This document shows, piece after piece, positions 59,479 through 60,325 of a stretch of 60,325 bases of DNA (positions are counted from its first letter, which is position 1; every line of letters begins with the position of its first letter). This stretch comes from Acidimicrobiia bacterium (GTDB lineage: Bacteria; Actinomycetota; Acidimicrobiia; Spongiisociales; JAHEDJ01), in assembly GCA_029210695.1 (NCBI GenBank), contig JARGFH010000021.1, positions 1 to 60,325 on the forward strand. Reading direction: 5' to 3'. Position numbers and translations under genes: made by a program. The notes under the pieces were generated by a model. That model worked only from the letters and a program-made list of their open reading frames with translations, was not told the DNA's origin and searched no databases.

Positions 59479-59622
59479 ACAAAGGCGGAGGCTCCGGCAA
59501 GGGGGGTTGACCGGAGCCTCCTATCGGGGTCGTCTTGTTGAGCACGGCGCCGGGGTGAACCCGTCCTCACGACCCCATCCGTTGGGGGGTTATGGGGCGG
59601 AAGCCGTCAGAGCCAGCCTCCA
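59479..59622 (-). ncRNA. 6C-like small RNA with C-rich loops
   Basis: Four consecutive stems; two loops carry AACCCCCC and one carries CCCC; the last stem is terminator-like; a promoter lies upstream. Confidence 0.65.
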
Positions 59623-59628
59623 ATTTTC

Positions 59629-59658
59629 ATCCTACGCGGCAGTAGTTGTGCCTGTCAA
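59629..59658 (-). promoter_or_regulatory. hybrid sigmaA promoter (IS-derived -35)
   Basis: TTGACA (59658-59653, the IS tip), 18-nt spacer, TAGGAT (59634-59629). Confidence 0.6.
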
Positions 59659-60248
59659 CACCGCCTGAAAATTGACCCCCTGGCACCGGTTGAAAATTGA
59701 CCCCCCGGGCCGGGTTTTGGTCACTCTGTGTTGTCGGTTGGCACTCTCCCTAGGTCGCGGTCTTTGAGTCGGTAGGAGTCTCCTTTGAGGGAGACGACTT
59801 CTGCGTGGTGGACGAGCCGGTCGATCATGGCTGCGGCGACGACGGGGTCACCGAAGACTTCGCCCCACCGTCCGAACGGTTTGTTGGAGGTGACGATTAC
59901 CGAGGCCCTTTCGTACCTGGCGGAGACGAGTTGGAAGAACAGGTTGGCGGCTTCGGCTTCGAAGGGGATATAGCCAACTTCGTCGACGATGAGCAGCGGT
60001 ATCCGCCCTAATCGGGCGAGTTCGTCTCCGAGCCGGCCTTGGGTGTGTGCTTGGGCGAGACGGCTGACCCAGTCGGTGGCGGTGGCGAAAGCGACCCGGT
60101 GGCCGGCTTGGCAGGCTCTGACCCCGATCCCGATCGCGAGATGGGTTTTCCCGGTGCCGGGTGGCCCGAGGAACACGACGTTCTCTCGAGCCAGGATGAA
60201 GTCGAGAGCCCCGAGGTGGAGCAGTGTGTCTCGTTTCAGGCTGCGTTG
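59653..60248 (-). mobile_element. IS21-family element, right end and 3' part of istB
   Basis: Terminal TGTCAA; subterminal repeat TGAAAATTGACCCC at 59666 and 59691; adjacent istB. Confidence 0.9.
59721..60248 (-). pseudogene. istB: IS21 helper ATPase IstB, interrupted on the 5' side
   Basis: GPPGTGKTH, LIVDEVGY, RYER, TSN, DRLVHH, GDSYR; similarity stops upstream of QRSLKRD. Confidence 0.85.
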
Positions 60249-60325
60249 GGGGCGTGTCAGATCCTCTGTGTAAGAGGGGTGGCCTGACATAGTGACCCTG
60301 GCGGTTGGAGTCGGGGTCCGTGGAA
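60249..60325. mobile_element. end of an IS256-family-like element inserted in istB (continues beyond the window)
   Basis: GGGGCGTGTCAGATCCTCTGTGTAA resembles IS256-type termini (GG..TGTC...TGTGTAA) and begins where istB similarity breaks. Confidence 0.65.

Noticed and set aside
60249..60290. ATG at 60290 as the istB start
   Set aside because: The first ~14 codons derive from the inserted IS end, so this is not a native N-terminus

Overview
GC-rich, gene-dense chromosomal segment that looks actinobacterial, most likely Acidimicrobiia-like. That assignment is an inference from actinobacterial-type serC, cofC, an MsiK-like ATPase, a GlnA4-like cluster, many apparently leaderless promoters and a 6C-like RNA. 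It holds about 57 CDSs, mostly metabolism and envelope genes. I found no rRNA, tRNA or CRISPR array. Mobile-element traces sit at both edges: an IS21 end plus istB interrupted by an IS256-type end on the right, and a possible IS110-like non-coding end on the left. Most notable observations: (1) Two tandem ~60-aa FlgM-like anti-sigma mini-genes follow ychF with no flagellar genes nearby. The second has a sigma28-like promoter, and they converge on a four-hairpin 6C-like sRNA whose -35 box is the IS21 terminus. (2) A GSI-beta-like glutamine synthetase has lost the ammonium-site residues but kept the metal/ATP residues and the adenylylation motif; it lies within a gamma-glutamylation cluster. (3) An archaeal/Thermus-type HerA-Mre11-Rad50-NurA set is split by a 7-kb block that starts with an AlkZ-family glycosylase. 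(4) An RmuC-like nuclease is head-to-head with a dynamin-like GTPase pair, followed by an eIF2B-like protein and a degenerate ADP-ribosylglycohydrolase. (5) One MFS transporter carries an inserted jelly-roll domain, and another probably starts at a CTG. All family assignments come from motif recognition by eye; no database searches were run.
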